64,000 bases of DNA from Rickettsiales bacterium. Its GTDB lineage: Bacteria; Pseudomonadota; Alphaproteobacteria; Rickettsiales; UBA998. The translations under genes and the position numbers were made by a program. The stretch spans positions 33,014-97,013 of the forward strand of contig DAIPJH010000002.1 of the NCBI GenBank assembly GCA_036770365.1, given 5' to 3'. Under the pieces are notes generated by a model. It ran no database searches. It was given only the letters and a program-made list of their open reading frames with translations, and was not told the DNA's origin. Below, in pieces: positions 17,120 through 26,960 of this stretch. Each line of letters begins with the position of its first letter. The stretch's first letter is position 1.

Positions 17120-18244
17120 TTATATATCTACAATAGCACGCCAAAACCGCACAAGCGCAATTACAAAATATATAGCACTGATAATCACCATCGCCACCAT
17201 TCTCGTCCAGACCATATCCCATGTCGCCCCTCGATATAATACTGCCTGTGCAAAGGCCACATAATGAGTCGACGGCACAATCTGCATGATGATCTGCAAC
17301 GCCTCTGGCATACTTTCCATCGGAGTCGTACTGCCTGACAATAAGTTCATGATAATCATAACAGGGATACAAATCAGTCCAAATTGTGCCATAGAAGAAG
17401 TAAGTGTTGCTAACACGATCCCAAGCGCAGTTACCGAACACATATAGAGCGTACTCCCACACATATAAAGCCACAAAGACCCTGCGATAGGAATACCAAG
17501 CATCTTTTCAATCACGATGGAGATCGAAAGTGTTGATGCCACCAGGATGACCAGCGTATTCGTAAGCATTTTGGCAAGCATAATCTGTGATGGAGTTACT
17601 GGCATCACCAGCAAATGCTCCACTGTTCCATGCTCTCGTTCTCGAATCAATGCCGCCCCTGCCAAAATAATCGACAAAATAGTAATATTATTAATCACCT
17701 GCATCACAGAAGTGAACCACAACGATGTTTGGTTCGGATTAAACGCTGTATTAACCACCACCTGCACAGGGGCAACCCCCGCCACATCATATTTTTGCAG
17801 AAATGCTGTCATTTCCTGTAAGATAATCGCTTGGATATAGCCTGCACCATTTCCCGCTTGACTCATTGCCGTCGCGTCAACATTAAGCTGAAGCGTTGGC
17901 TTCTTACGATGCAAGACATCGCGTTCAAAATGTGAAGGCACATGCAATACAAAAACAAAGTCCCCTTTATCAAGCACATCATCCATCTTCCCATATGGTA
18001 TCATGACCGCAGGCTTAAAATAGGGGGGTAAAAAAGATGCTGCTAACTGACGCGATAACGAGGAGTGATCTTCATCTACTACCGCAATGGCAGCATGTTC
18101 AACTTCCATTTTTGCGCCATTTGCCACTGCCAGAATTGCTACAGAAAACACATAAACAATCAACACCATCATTACAGGGTCAGCAAGTAAACTACGTAAT
18201 TCTTTGCCACATAAACATCTAATGTTTCTAAAAAAAACTTTCAT
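17120..18244 (-). CDS. ABC-2 type transporter permease (YhhJ-like)
   Basis: 374 aa. It has an N-terminal TM segment, a large periplasmic loop, then five C-terminal TM segments. It lies immediately downstream of the rbbA-like gene. Confidence 0.8.
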   Translation of the reverse strand: MKVFFRNIRCLCGKELRSLLADPVMMVLIVYVFSVAILAVANGAKMEVEHAAIAVVDEDHSSLSRQLAASFLPPYFKPAVMIPYGKMDDVLDKGDFVFVLHVPSHFERDVLHRKKPTLQLNVDATAMSQAGNGAGYIQAIILQEMTAFLQKYDVAGVAPVQVVVNTAFNPNQTSLWFTSVMQVINNITILSIILAGAALIREREHGTVEHLLVMPVTPSQIMLAKMLTNTLVILVASTLSISIVIEKMLGIPIAGSLWLYMCGSTLYMCSVTALGIVLATLTSSMAQFGLICIPVMIIMNLLSGSTTPMESMPEALQIIMQIVPSTHYVAFAQAVLYRGATWDMVWTRMVAMVIISAIYFVIALVRFWRAIVDI

Positions 18245-18245
18245 C

Positions 18246-20987
18246 TTATCGCTCCTGTTTTCTCAGCAGGCACGCCGCTAGTATAACGAATACCACAAAA
18301 AACAACGCGAGCATCACATGATAATGCCACAACAAAGCCATTCCCAACCCCTTAGAAAACGTCCCTAGACTGATCTGTTGAAACCATGCCGATGGAAACG
18401 TCAATCCCATGACCCGCGCAGAACCTGTTAACGCCGACACAGGTACAAGTAATCCTGAAAAATTCACAGCAGGAATCATTGAGATGATGGACGCCGCAAA
18501 TAAGGCTGCAATTTGAGTTTTGGTAAAACAAGAAACCAATAACCCAAACCCAGTCGTTGCACCAAGGTACAACAACACGCCAACCACTAAGGCAACCCAT
18601 GAACCTTTAACTTGTAATCCAAATAACCAAAGTGCTGTCATCATCAACAGTACAAAACTGGTCATAAAAATAGCGAGGTAAGGTATTTGCTTGCCAAGTA
18701 AGAACTCTAACTGCGTGGTGGGCGTTGCACGAAAATTAGTAATCGACCCTGTTTCTTTCTCCCGCGTAACGGCTACCGCCGTCATGATCGCAGGAATCAT
18801 CACCAAAATAATTGTCAGCACACTAGGAATCATCGCATTCACACTCTTAAACGATGGATTATAACGAAAACGCGGCTCTAATGTATAAAACCGAGAGGCA
18901 GGCGCAATCACATCTTGCTGAACCATCATCCCCTGCACGTAACCACGTATCGTCTCCGCACGAAAGGGCATTGCACCATCTAGCCATATACCCACTTCAG
19001 GATGATGCCCCCCTAAAAGTTCTCGCCCAAATCCTGCTGGAATTTCGATAGCCATAGCAATATCTGCTCGCCGAAGCCGTGCAGCGACCTCTTCTCTCGC
19101 ATACATTTCAGGCATTTCCTTGAAATAACGAGACCCACGAAACGACTCTAAAAATCGCTGGCTCTGCACGGTTCTATCTTGATCCCACACCGCAAAACGA
19201 ATGTTCTCCACATCCAGCGAAATGCCATATCCAAACGTAATCATCAGCACCAACGGCCCAAGTAGAGCAAACAATAACCTTAACGGATCACGAAAAATCT
19301 CTTTGGTTTCACGCAGTGTGTAAGCGAAACAACGCTGACGTGAAAACCATCGATTTTGGTTCATCACAGTAAGCATCTCTTTAGATTGATTTTCCCTTAC
19401 ACCGCTCGCATCACCATGATCATCAACTATTTCTTCACCTTGTGCTTGTGTCAAATAAGCAATAAAAGCTTCTTCAAGATTTGTGCTGCCCTTCGAATTA
19501 ATAATTTCTATAGGCGAGCCTGCGGCTAACACTTTCCCTGCGTGCATTAATGAAATGCGATCACATCGCATCGCTTCATTCATAAAATGGGTAGAAATAA
19601 AAATGGTTACTCCCTTATTCCGAGAAAGATCAATCAGATATTGCCAAAAATGATCACGCGCCACAGGATCAACTCCTGACGTTGGTTCATCCAAGATGAG
19701 TAATTCTGGTGCGTGGATAAGTGCGACAGCAAGCTGTAATCGTTGTTTAATACCGAGCGGCAAGGCATCAGGTGACTGATGTGCAACCTCGCTCAAATCG
19801 AACTCTTCCAACATTTCCTGCACACGACGTACCACCAAAGCAGGTGCAAGCTGATAAAGCCGTGCATGAAGCTCTAAATTTTGACGTACACTTAACTCTG
19901 TATAGAGCGAAAAGGACTGTGACATGTAACCCACGCGCATCCGCGCATCCTCACTTTGAGTCGCAAGAGGTTTTCCAAAAAGCTGCACCTCCCCCTCACT
20001 ACTAGCAAGTAAACCCGTCAACATTTTCATAGTCGTGGTCTTGCCACAACCATTCGACCCCAAAAATCCGAAAATTTCGCCCCGCCGTATTCGAAAATCT
20101 ACATGATCTACCGCCGTAAAATCACCAAAGCAACACGTTAATCCCTTTGCTTCAATCGCTATATCATTATGATGTGCTTGATACGGCGGCAAAATCACAG
20201 GTTTATGCCCTTTGGTTGCTTCAAAGGGCAACATAGCTAAAAAGGCTGATTCTAAATCTTGGCAGTGGGTTTTTTCTAATAAATACTCTGGTGTGCCTGT
20301 TGCCACCACCTTCCCATCATACATTGCCGCCAACCACTCACATTGCCGTGCCTCTTCCATATAGGCCGTAGCAACCAACACACTCATCTGAGGATTGCGC
20401 CGACGCATTTCGGCTAATAATTCCCAGAATTGCCTGCGTGACAAAGGATCAACCCCTGTCGTCGGTTCGTCTAACAACAACAATTCAGGTGCATGCATCA
20501 ATGCACAGCATAAACCTAACTTTTGCTTCATTCCGCCAGAAAGTTTACCCGCAGGGCGATCCAAAAATGAATACAGCCCCGTCGCATGCGTTAGTTCCAT
20601 CATCATGGCATAACGTTGCTGGACATTCTGTCCAAAGAGCCGCCCAAAAAAGTCTAGGTTTTCTTCAACACTCAACGTCGGATATAAATTCTTACCTAAA
20701 CCTTGAGGCATATACGCAATGCGATGCTGACATGCTTTACGGTGTGCATTGTCATGCACCGAACCACCCAATACGAAGACATCTCCTTGCTGCAACTGCC
20801 GCACGCCAGCAATAATGGATAATAATGTTGACTTCCCTACACCATCAGGACCAATCAACCCAACCAAACACCCTTGCGGAATCTGTATATGCGCATCATT
20901 CAGTGCGTACACATTCTTATAACGCTGCGTCACCGCCTCAACCAACACCACACCATTATGAGGGCTATGTGCATGACCTACTGTCAT
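18246..20987 (-). CDS. rbbA: fused double ABC ATPase + ABC-2 permease (RbbA-like)
   Basis: 913 aa. It has two Walker A motifs (GPDGVGKST, GSNGCGKTT), two LSGG-type signatures (LSGGMKQK, LPLGIKQR) and a C-terminal ABC-2 membrane domain. Confidence 0.85.
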   Translation of the reverse strand: MTVGHAHSPHNGVVLVEAVTQRYKNVYALNDAHIQIPQGCLVGLIGPDGVGKSTLLSIIAGVRQLQQGDVFVLGGSVHDNAHRKACQHRIAYMPQGLGKNLYPTLSVEENLDFFGRLFGQNVQQRYAMMMELTHATGLYSFLDRPAGKLSGGMKQKLGLCCALMHAPELLLLDEPTTGVDPLSRRQFWELLAEMRRRNPQMSVLVATAYMEEARQCEWLAAMYDGKVVATGTPEYLLEKTHCQDLESAFLAMLPFEATKGHKPVILPPYQAHHNDIAIEAKGLTCCFGDFTAVDHVDFRIRRGEIFGFLGSNGCGKTTTMKMLTGLLASSEGEVQLFGKPLATQSEDARMRVGYMSQSFSLYTELSVRQNLELHARLYQLAPALVVRRVQEMLEEFDLSEVAHQSPDALPLGIKQRLQLAVALIHAPELLILDEPTSGVDPVARDHFWQYLIDLSRNKGVTIFISTHFMNEAMRCDRISLMHAGKVLAAGSPIEIINSKGSTNLEEAFIAYLTQAQGEEIVDDHGDASGVRENQSKEMLTVMNQNRWFSRQRCFAYTLRETKEIFRDPLRLLFALLGPLVLMITFGYGISLDVENIRFAVWDQDRTVQSQRFLESFRGSRYFKEMPEMYAREEVAARLRRADIAMAIEIPAGFGRELLGGHHPEVGIWLDGAMPFRAETIRGYVQGMMVQQDVIAPASRFYTLEPRFRYNPSFKSVNAMIPSVLTIILVMIPAIMTAVAVTREKETGSITNFRATPTTQLEFLLGKQIPYLAIFMTSFVLLMMTALWLFGLQVKGSWVALVVGVLLYLGATTGFGLLVSCFTKTQIAALFAASIISMIPAVNFSGLLVPVSALTGSARVMGLTFPSAWFQQISLGTFSKGLGMALLWHYHVMLALFFVVFVILAACLLRKQER

Positions 20988-21886
20988 TGTGGCACTTTAA
21001 CCGCCAAATGTTCTGGCCATATTGCCATTTTATCAACCATAAGGTACGCTACACCGCGTACGCCGGTTTTGACCTTCTCAGCATGCTTTTCAAGCAATGC
21101 CCTAGGAATATTAACCTTCACGCGAAACATCAACTTGCTACGTTCATCCTTGGTTTCAACAGTCTTTGGGGTAAATTGTGCTTCTGACGCAACGTATGTG
21201 ATTGTAGCAGGAATCACATACTCTGGCACGGGATCAAGAATCAACCGCGCCTCGCCGCCCATCGCAAGCTTCCCTGCAATCGCAGCATCCACGAATATCA
21301 CCATGTACACATCTTTTACATCAAGAACCGTAACAACCGTTGCTCCTGCGGCGGCCATTTCTCCCGTATGCAACAAGCGGTACTCCACGCGACCATCCAC
21401 GGGAGATGTTAAGGTCATGTCACCTAAATTGGATTCCAAACTTGCGACATTTGCCTTCGCCGCGTCTAGCCCTGCCTTTGCAGAATTAAGCTGCGCAGCT
21501 CGCTGATCCACCACTTCGGTCGTAGCAAATCCTTTGTGATGTAACGTCTTGCTACGCTTAAACTCGCTCTGCGCCAATGCCATATCACTCTCTCGCTGTG
21601 CCACCAACGCCTTCGCTTGCCGTATTTGCGCTTGTAACTCGGCATCGTCTAGCGTTGCGACAACATCCCCTGCATGAACCATCTGTCCTTCTTCAACAAA
21701 TACTTTAGCAAGCTTACCTGAAAATTTAGCTGAAATATTCACCTGTTCCGCTTCAATACGTCCATTGCCTGACCACAAATATGCTGGCAACCTCTGAGAT
21801 TGCACGACATGCCAATAATGATAGCCGCCATAAACACTTGCACATACCATTAAAAATAACAGATACTTCAACCACCACTTCATCAC
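20984..21886 (-). CDS. HlyD-family secretion/periplasmic adaptor protein
   Basis: 300 aa. It has an N-terminal TM segment, a lipoyl-like GRIEAEQVNISAKFSGKL, and a coiled-coil segment. It has a 4-nt overlap with the ABC gene. Confidence 0.85.
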   Translation of the reverse strand: MMKWWLKYLLFLMVCASVYGGYHYWHVVQSQRLPAYLWSGNGRIEAEQVNISAKFSGKLAKVFVEEGQMVHAGDVVATLDDAELQAQIRQAKALVAQRESDMALAQSEFKRSKTLHHKGFATTEVVDQRAAQLNSAKAGLDAAKANVASLESNLGDMTLTSPVDGRVEYRLLHTGEMAAAGATVVTVLDVKDVYMVIFVDAAIAGKLAMGGEARLILDPVPEYVIPATITYVASEAQFTPKTVETKDERSKLMFRVKVNIPRALLEKHAEKVKTGVRGVAYLMVDKMAIWPEHLAVKVPQ

Positions 21887-22030
21887 AAAACCTCATTTTT
21901 TGAGTGCGTATCACTCTTAGCATAGTTTACAAAACCCTACGCAACAAAAGTCAATTATGCTCGCCTTAATTAAAAATTCCCCATAAAATGAAAAAGGTCA
22001 TTTCGTTTCATTTTCTTATCATACCCTTCG

Positions 22031-22774
22031 ATGCAAACAACTCTTCATACAACCAGCCGACTACTTGCAAACCTTGTGTTTCCGCCGCATTGTGCTGTCT
22101 GCGAAGCACCCACCGAACACGCTCCAGCACTTTGTGGTTCTTGTTTTAGTAAGATCACATTTATTAGCGATCCTTACTGCGTTATTTGCGGTTGCCCATT
22201 TGATTATGACATAGGAACAACATCCATCTGTATTCCTTGTCAAACCAATGCCCCGCCCTATGACCGCGCTCGTGCTGCGCTACGTTATGATGACGCATCA
22301 CGCAAACTGATCACTCGTCTTAAATTCAATGATAAAATGTCACTTGCTCCTTTTGCTGCACAATTGATGACAGCCGCGGCCACGGACATACTCGCAAAGT
22401 GCGAAGTTATTATTCCCGTTCCTCTGCATTGGCGCAGACTCTGGACACGCCAATTTAATCAATCTGCACTGATAGCCCACCACATCGCAAAATGTACTCA
22501 CCTGCCCTTCTTACCTCAGGCGTTGAAACGCATACGCCACACCCTTCCCCAAATGGAACTGTCATGGGAGGAACGGCAACGCAATGTCAAAGCCGCGTTT
22601 ACCACTAATCCTCGGTATCTACAGCATATCAAGGGAAAAACCGTCATGTTGATTGATGATGTCTACACAACGGGTGCAACCATTTATGCTTGCACACAGG
22701 CACTCAAAAAATCTGGTGTTTCTCGTGTCTATGTCTTAACATTATCACGTCGCCTTGCGACAGATTCTTCTTAA
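22031..22774 (+). CDS. comF: ComF-family protein (zinc-ribbon + phosphoribosyltransferase domain)
   Basis: It has N-terminal Cys pairs (CAVC...CGSC, CVICG...CIPC) and the C-terminal PRTase motif VMLIDDVYTTGAT. Confidence 0.8.
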   Translation: MQTTLHTTSRLLANLVFPPHCAVCEAPTEHAPALCGSCFSKITFISDPYCVICGCPFDYDIGTTSICIPCQTNAPPYDRARAALRYDDASRKLITRLKFNDKMSLAPFAAQLMTAAATDILAKCEVIIPVPLHWRRLWTRQFNQSALIAHHIAKCTHLPFLPQALKRIRHTLPQMELSWEERQRNVKAAFTTNPRYLQHIKGKTVMLIDDVYTTGATIYACTQALKKSGVSRVYVLTLSRRLATDSS

Positions 22775-22790
22775 AAAGGACACCTCAATC

Positions 22791-23642
22791 ATGACATTCA
22801 TTATCGCATGCGTACAACTCACTAGCACCAATCAACTGGATGAGAATTGCCGTATGGTAGATGCTTACATTCGTGAAGCTGCAGGCAAGGGTGCGCAGCT
22901 TGTCTTGCTACCCGAAAACGTCTTTATGCTACGTGCTTCAGACACAGACGAAGTCTTTCCTTATGAAGAATCCGAACATCCCGGCGTACTACTTTGCCAG
23001 CATTTAGCAAAGTCACTAGGTATATGGATTCTCATTGGATCACTACTCACTCCCTCAGGGACACTCTGCGAACAGGGCAAGGGCAAGTGGTATAATCGCT
23101 CCCTACTCATTAACGCTAATGGTCTGATCGCTGCACGTTATGACAAAATTCATTTGTTTGATGCAATGATCAATGACGGAGTACGTTATTGTGAATCTGC
23201 ACGTATCGAACGGGGCAACCAAATCTGCGTTGCGCAGACACCATGGGGTAGGCTAGGTATGTCCATCTGTTATGATGTACGTTTTCCGCATCTACATCGT
23301 GAAATGGCACAGGCAGGCGCATCCATGATCGCTATACCTGCCGCCTTTGCTGAATATACAGGAAAAGCGCATTGGCATGTCATGGTACGCGCACGCGCCA
23401 TTGAAACGGGATGCTTTGTCTTTGCGCCAGGACAGTCTGGCACACATCCGGGGGGACGCAAGACCTATGGTCATTCTCTCATTGTTGGTCCTTGGGGTGA
23501 AGTGCTAGCAGAAGGTCATGCCACAGAACCATGTATCATCACCGCCGCGGTCGATCTCGACATCGTCAAAAATGTACGCAGCCGCCTGCCATCACTTTAT
23601 CATGATCGGGATTATTTGCCGCTACCTGAATATGATATCTAA
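22791..23642 (+). CDS. carbon-nitrogen hydrolase (nitrilase superfamily, Nit-like)
   Basis: LVLLPE (Glu), YDKIHLF (Lys) and MSICYDVRFP (Cys) form the catalytic triad context. ATG 22791 is preceded by AAAAGGA; the track ORF start at 22755 overlaps comF. Confidence 0.85.
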   Translation: MTFIIACVQLTSTNQLDENCRMVDAYIREAAGKGAQLVLLPENVFMLRASDTDEVFPYEESEHPGVLLCQHLAKSLGIWILIGSLLTPSGTLCEQGKGKWYNRSLLINANGLIAARYDKIHLFDAMINDGVRYCESARIERGNQICVAQTPWGRLGMSICYDVRFPHLHREMAQAGASMIAIPAAFAEYTGKAHWHVMVRARAIETGCFVFAPGQSGTHPGGRKTYGHSLIVGPWGEVLAEGHATEPCIITAAVDLDIVKNVRSRLPSLYHDRDYLPLPEYDI

Positions 23643-24646
23643 AAACCTGAAGGCATAGCTCCACCTTTATCATCACTACGCCAAACCTTATTAGGATCAA
23701 CTTTCAGCTCTTCCACATTGTCTTTCTTGGTCGGAAGCTTCATCTGCATTTTTGGTTTCGGTACACTGAGCAAGGAACGTGGTGCAGCTTGCATTTCGGT
23801 AGGGATGTCTAAATGCGTGCCTTTAAGCAAAATAATGGTAATCCGACGATTACGTGCTGATTTTGGACTCTCAGGTAACAAAAGTTCACGCGAGGAACGC
23901 CCGACAACCTTACCAACGCGTTCATCATTCAACCCAGTAGTCATCAAGAATCTGCGTGCCGCATTCGCCCGCCCAGCAGAAAGCTCCCAGTTGCCATATT
24001 TAGCATCGCCTCCACCAAACGCCTCTATATCCGTATGCCCCGTAATAGAAATATAATTTGGCATACGCGCAATGATGCTCGATAGTTTCTGCAAGATGGT
24101 ACGCCCAAATTGACTCAATTCCTCTCCCCCTGGTTCGAACATCGCCTTTTTGTCTGAATCCAAAACTTCAATCTTGAGGCCCTCAGGCGTCTGCTCAACA
24201 ATAATATTATCTTTCATTTCATTAAGATTGGGGTCTTCTTCAAAAGCTTGCTTTACCGCTTGTTCTGCCTTTTCAAAAAGCTGCGCTTCTTGATCCGACT
24301 CGATCATCGCTTGCTTGTCTGGTGCGTCTGGTGTCTGTCCTGGAGGCGTTTGCCCAGGCACAAGCCCTGGAGGTGCTAAATCTGTTTTTTTAATACCCTT
24401 AGAATTAGGAGTTTCACCGCCATTGAAGCCAATCCCTTGTGAATCCTTAATCCCAACCGTAGGCGTAAAATAATCAGCAACGCCATCTTTCGTCGCTTCA
24501 GATGAGGTTGCCAATAACCACATCAACAAAAAAAACGCCATCATCGCAGTTACAAAGTCAGCATATGCCACTTTCCACGCACCACCGTGATGACCACCCG
24601 CGACTTTCTTGATCTTTTTAATAATAGGCTGCTGCGCTTCCGCCAT
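23639..24646 (-). CDS. motB: flagellar motor stator protein MotB (OmpA-like C-terminal domain)
   Basis: AWKVAYADFVTAMMAFFLLMWLL is the MotB plug/TM region. ITGHTD...NWELSAGRANAARRFL is the OmpA-like peptidoglycan-binding motif. Confidence 0.85.
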   Translation of the reverse strand: MAEAQQPIIKKIKKVAGGHHGGAWKVAYADFVTAMMAFFLLMWLLATSSEATKDGVADYFTPTVGIKDSQGIGFNGGETPNSKGIKKTDLAPPGLVPGQTPPGQTPDAPDKQAMIESDQEAQLFEKAEQAVKQAFEEDPNLNEMKDNIIVEQTPEGLKIEVLDSDKKAMFEPGGEELSQFGRTILQKLSSIIARMPNYISITGHTDIEAFGGGDAKYGNWELSAGRANAARRFLMTTGLNDERVGKVVGRSSRELLLPESPKSARNRRITIILLKGTHLDIPTEMQAAPRSLLSVPKPKMQMKLPTKKDNVEELKVDPNKVWRSDDKGGAMPSGF

Positions 24647-24667
24647 GGACTATCTTTCTTCTCAAGT

Positions 24668-25525
24668 TTAGACGGTTACACTCTGAATAGCAGTTTCAAC
24701 CTCAGCAAAACTTGGCTTCACATAACCTTCCAAGGACATCCGCGCAAACTCAACCGACACAGCAGGTGCCATCCCTTTGATATGTGCCAATAACGCCACT
24801 TTAATACAATCCATATAATTCACCTGTGAATTATACATCGCTCCAATATAACGTGCCATCGGCGCAAGCATCCCATAAGAAACCAATACTCCAAGGAATG
24901 TTCCCACTAATGCCGCACCAATCAACCCACCTAAAACCGCAGGCGGCTCATTAATACTTCCCATCGTAGTAATTACCCCAAGTACCGCCGCCACAATCCC
25001 AAGCGCAGGCATCGCATCCGCAGTATTGTTGATTAAATGTTCCACATGCGCGCCATGCTTACGATGCACGTCCATCTCACGTTCCATCAACTCTTCAAGT
25101 ACGTAAAAATTCTCCACACCCATCGTCATAATACGCAAATAATCACAGAGAAAATCCACCGCATGATGGTCATGTGCAAATTTTGGGCAGCTATTAAACA
25201 ATGAACTATTATGTGGATTTTCAATGTGTTGCTCTATCTCCAACATCCCCTTGCTACGCATCGTTTTAAACACGGCGTATAACATCGCAAGTACATCCAC
25301 ATAATCTTGCTTCTTAAATGGAGGGCCTTTAAATAGCTTTTTAAAGCTTTTCAAGGTTTCTTTTAAATCTGGCCCAGGAGTCCCAAGAATAAAAGACCCT
25401 ATAGCTGAACCAAGAATGATCACTAATTCGTTTGGCTGCCACAACACCTCAAGCTTACCGTGGTGCATCAAATAACCACCGATAACGCACCCAATAACCG
25501 TCAGCATCCCACCGATAAAGTTCAT
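24668..25525 (-). CDS. motA: flagellar motor stator protein MotA
   Basis: 285 aa with four TM segments and a C-terminal MotA/TolQ/ExbB channel motif (ALGIVAAVLGVITTMG...ALVGTFLGVL). It lies directly upstream of motB. Confidence 0.85.
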   Translation of the reverse strand: MNFIGGMLTVIGCVIGGYLMHHGKLEVLWQPNELVIILGSAIGSFILGTPGPDLKETLKSFKKLFKGPPFKKQDYVDVLAMLYAVFKTMRSKGMLEIEQHIENPHNSSLFNSCPKFAHDHHAVDFLCDYLRIMTMGVENFYVLEELMEREMDVHRKHGAHVEHLINNTADAMPALGIVAAVLGVITTMGSINEPPAVLGGLIGAALVGTFLGVLVSYGMLAPMARYIGAMYNSQVNYMDCIKVALLAHIKGMAPAVSVEFARMSLEGYVKPSFAEVETAIQSVTV

Positions 25526-25665
25526 ATCAGCTCACCTATTCATAAAAATCACACGACCGTAGTGTACTGTGTGATTTCATCTAGGCAAGCATAGGCGCAT
25601 CCATCGTGCGCCTTAACAAACAAATAGCTACCCATAAGGTCGCAAAAGCCACACTTAACGACCTA

Positions 25666-26949
25666 TTATTTAGAAATACGCAGATCTATCAGAGCATCTG
25701 CGATAGACTTAAACACCCCCTTCAATTCATCGGCGGTCTCTGGCTCAAAATAATGCCCTGAATTCGTAGATTCTTGCGCACAATCATCACGGAAAATCTT
25801 ACGAATTTTGTCTCCATCCGTATCATGCGGCACATCAAACGCAATCGCATAGATTTCAATGCCTTCTTTTTGGATCTGTCCACAAAGAGCCGTTTGGTCC
25901 TTATCGGCAAGGATATCATGATTTTCATGCCATTTACCACCATGCCACGGATCAAACTCCATATACGTATTACTACCATCGGTGAGGATGACCAAGATTT
26001 TGAAGTTATCAGGATTATTGATTTCCACTGGATGCTTTGTTGTATCTTCATGCGCAGACGTTCCAACAAACCGCCCCACACTCGACTTTCTAAGTGACAG
26101 CCAGCCCCAATATGTACCAATCGCGGTATTTGTCCCGCCTGCATTTTGCATGTTGGCAATGACACCATCAAGATCTGTGACAATCTGCGATCCATCACGG
26201 TGCAACCCTCGTAACGTAGGCAGATAACCTAATGGCAAGAAATATTCCGTGCCAGCAATTTCTGTCCAGAAATCATTATTCACCGCACCATTCAACTTTA
26301 CCGTATGAATAAATGGGACAAAGGAATAATACGCTTCACCGCTACTTTTGCCTGAAGCAGAAATGGCACTTTCTACCGAATCAACCAATACTTTTACAGA
26401 ATCCCGTAACGCTTGCAATTTGCCTTTGCTTGCCGTGCAAGCAGCTTTAGAATAATCACCCGCATTATCAAAACACATAGACGGGGTCACATCCAATGCC
26501 AGTGCTATTTCTAGGTTTTTACTACCAGCTACACGTGTCACTTCTGAATTAAGCCCAAGCTTCACCTCATCAAGTTTAACAAAGTTACCAAAATACGTAG
26601 GAAGTTTAATATCCAAATGACCACCCACCGTACCATTTGCTGTGTTGACGGTCGTTGTTACCTTAGTATCTACGCTACCAAGGAAAGAAGTGGGATAATT
26701 GGCATCAAAATACTGCTGTGCCATTGCCTCAATATCTTCAGGCTTTGCATTCGCATCTGCCATTGCCGCCGCACCCAGCACCCCTGCGTCTAACGCACTC
26801 ATTGCCCGAGAGCGTGCGATCATCACACGCCCCATATCGATGGCAACCCCGACACTGGCGATCAATACAAAGAGCGCAAGCGCAACAAAAATAAAGACTC
26901 CCCCCTGTTGATCCCTTTTAAACCGAGACAGCAACTTCTTATGCATCAT
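25666..26949 (-). CDS. TadG-like pilus-assembly protein with vWA domain
   Basis: The N-terminal QQGGVFIFVALALFVLIASVGVAIDMGR is Tad-type pseudopilin-like. The vWA features are LEIALALDVTPSM ... GGTNT ... ILVILTDG. The start is uncertain (the track ORF runs to 26982). Confidence 0.7.
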   Translation of the reverse strand: MMHKKLLSRFKRDQQGGVFIFVALALFVLIASVGVAIDMGRVMIARSRAMSALDAGVLGAAAMADANAKPEDIEAMAQQYFDANYPTSFLGSVDTKVTTTVNTANGTVGGHLDIKLPTYFGNFVKLDEVKLGLNSEVTRVAGSKNLEIALALDVTPSMCFDNAGDYSKAACTASKGKLQALRDSVKVLVDSVESAISASGKSSGEAYYSFVPFIHTVKLNGAVNNDFWTEIAGTEYFLPLGYLPTLRGLHRDGSQIVTDLDGVIANMQNAGGTNTAIGTYWGWLSLRKSSVGRFVGTSAHEDTTKHPVEINNPDNFKILVILTDGSNTYMEFDPWHGGKWHENHDILADKDQTALCGQIQKEGIEIYAIAFDVPHDTDGDKIRKIFRDDCAQESTNSGHYFEPETADELKGVFKSIADALIDLRISK

Positions 26950-26960
26950 CACTATCTTCA

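Noticed and set aside
20825-21506. Plus-strand ORFs of 120 and 210 aa
   Set aside because: They are entirely antisense to the rbbA-like and HlyD-family genes, which have strong motif support. They have a skewed composition and no family resemblance.
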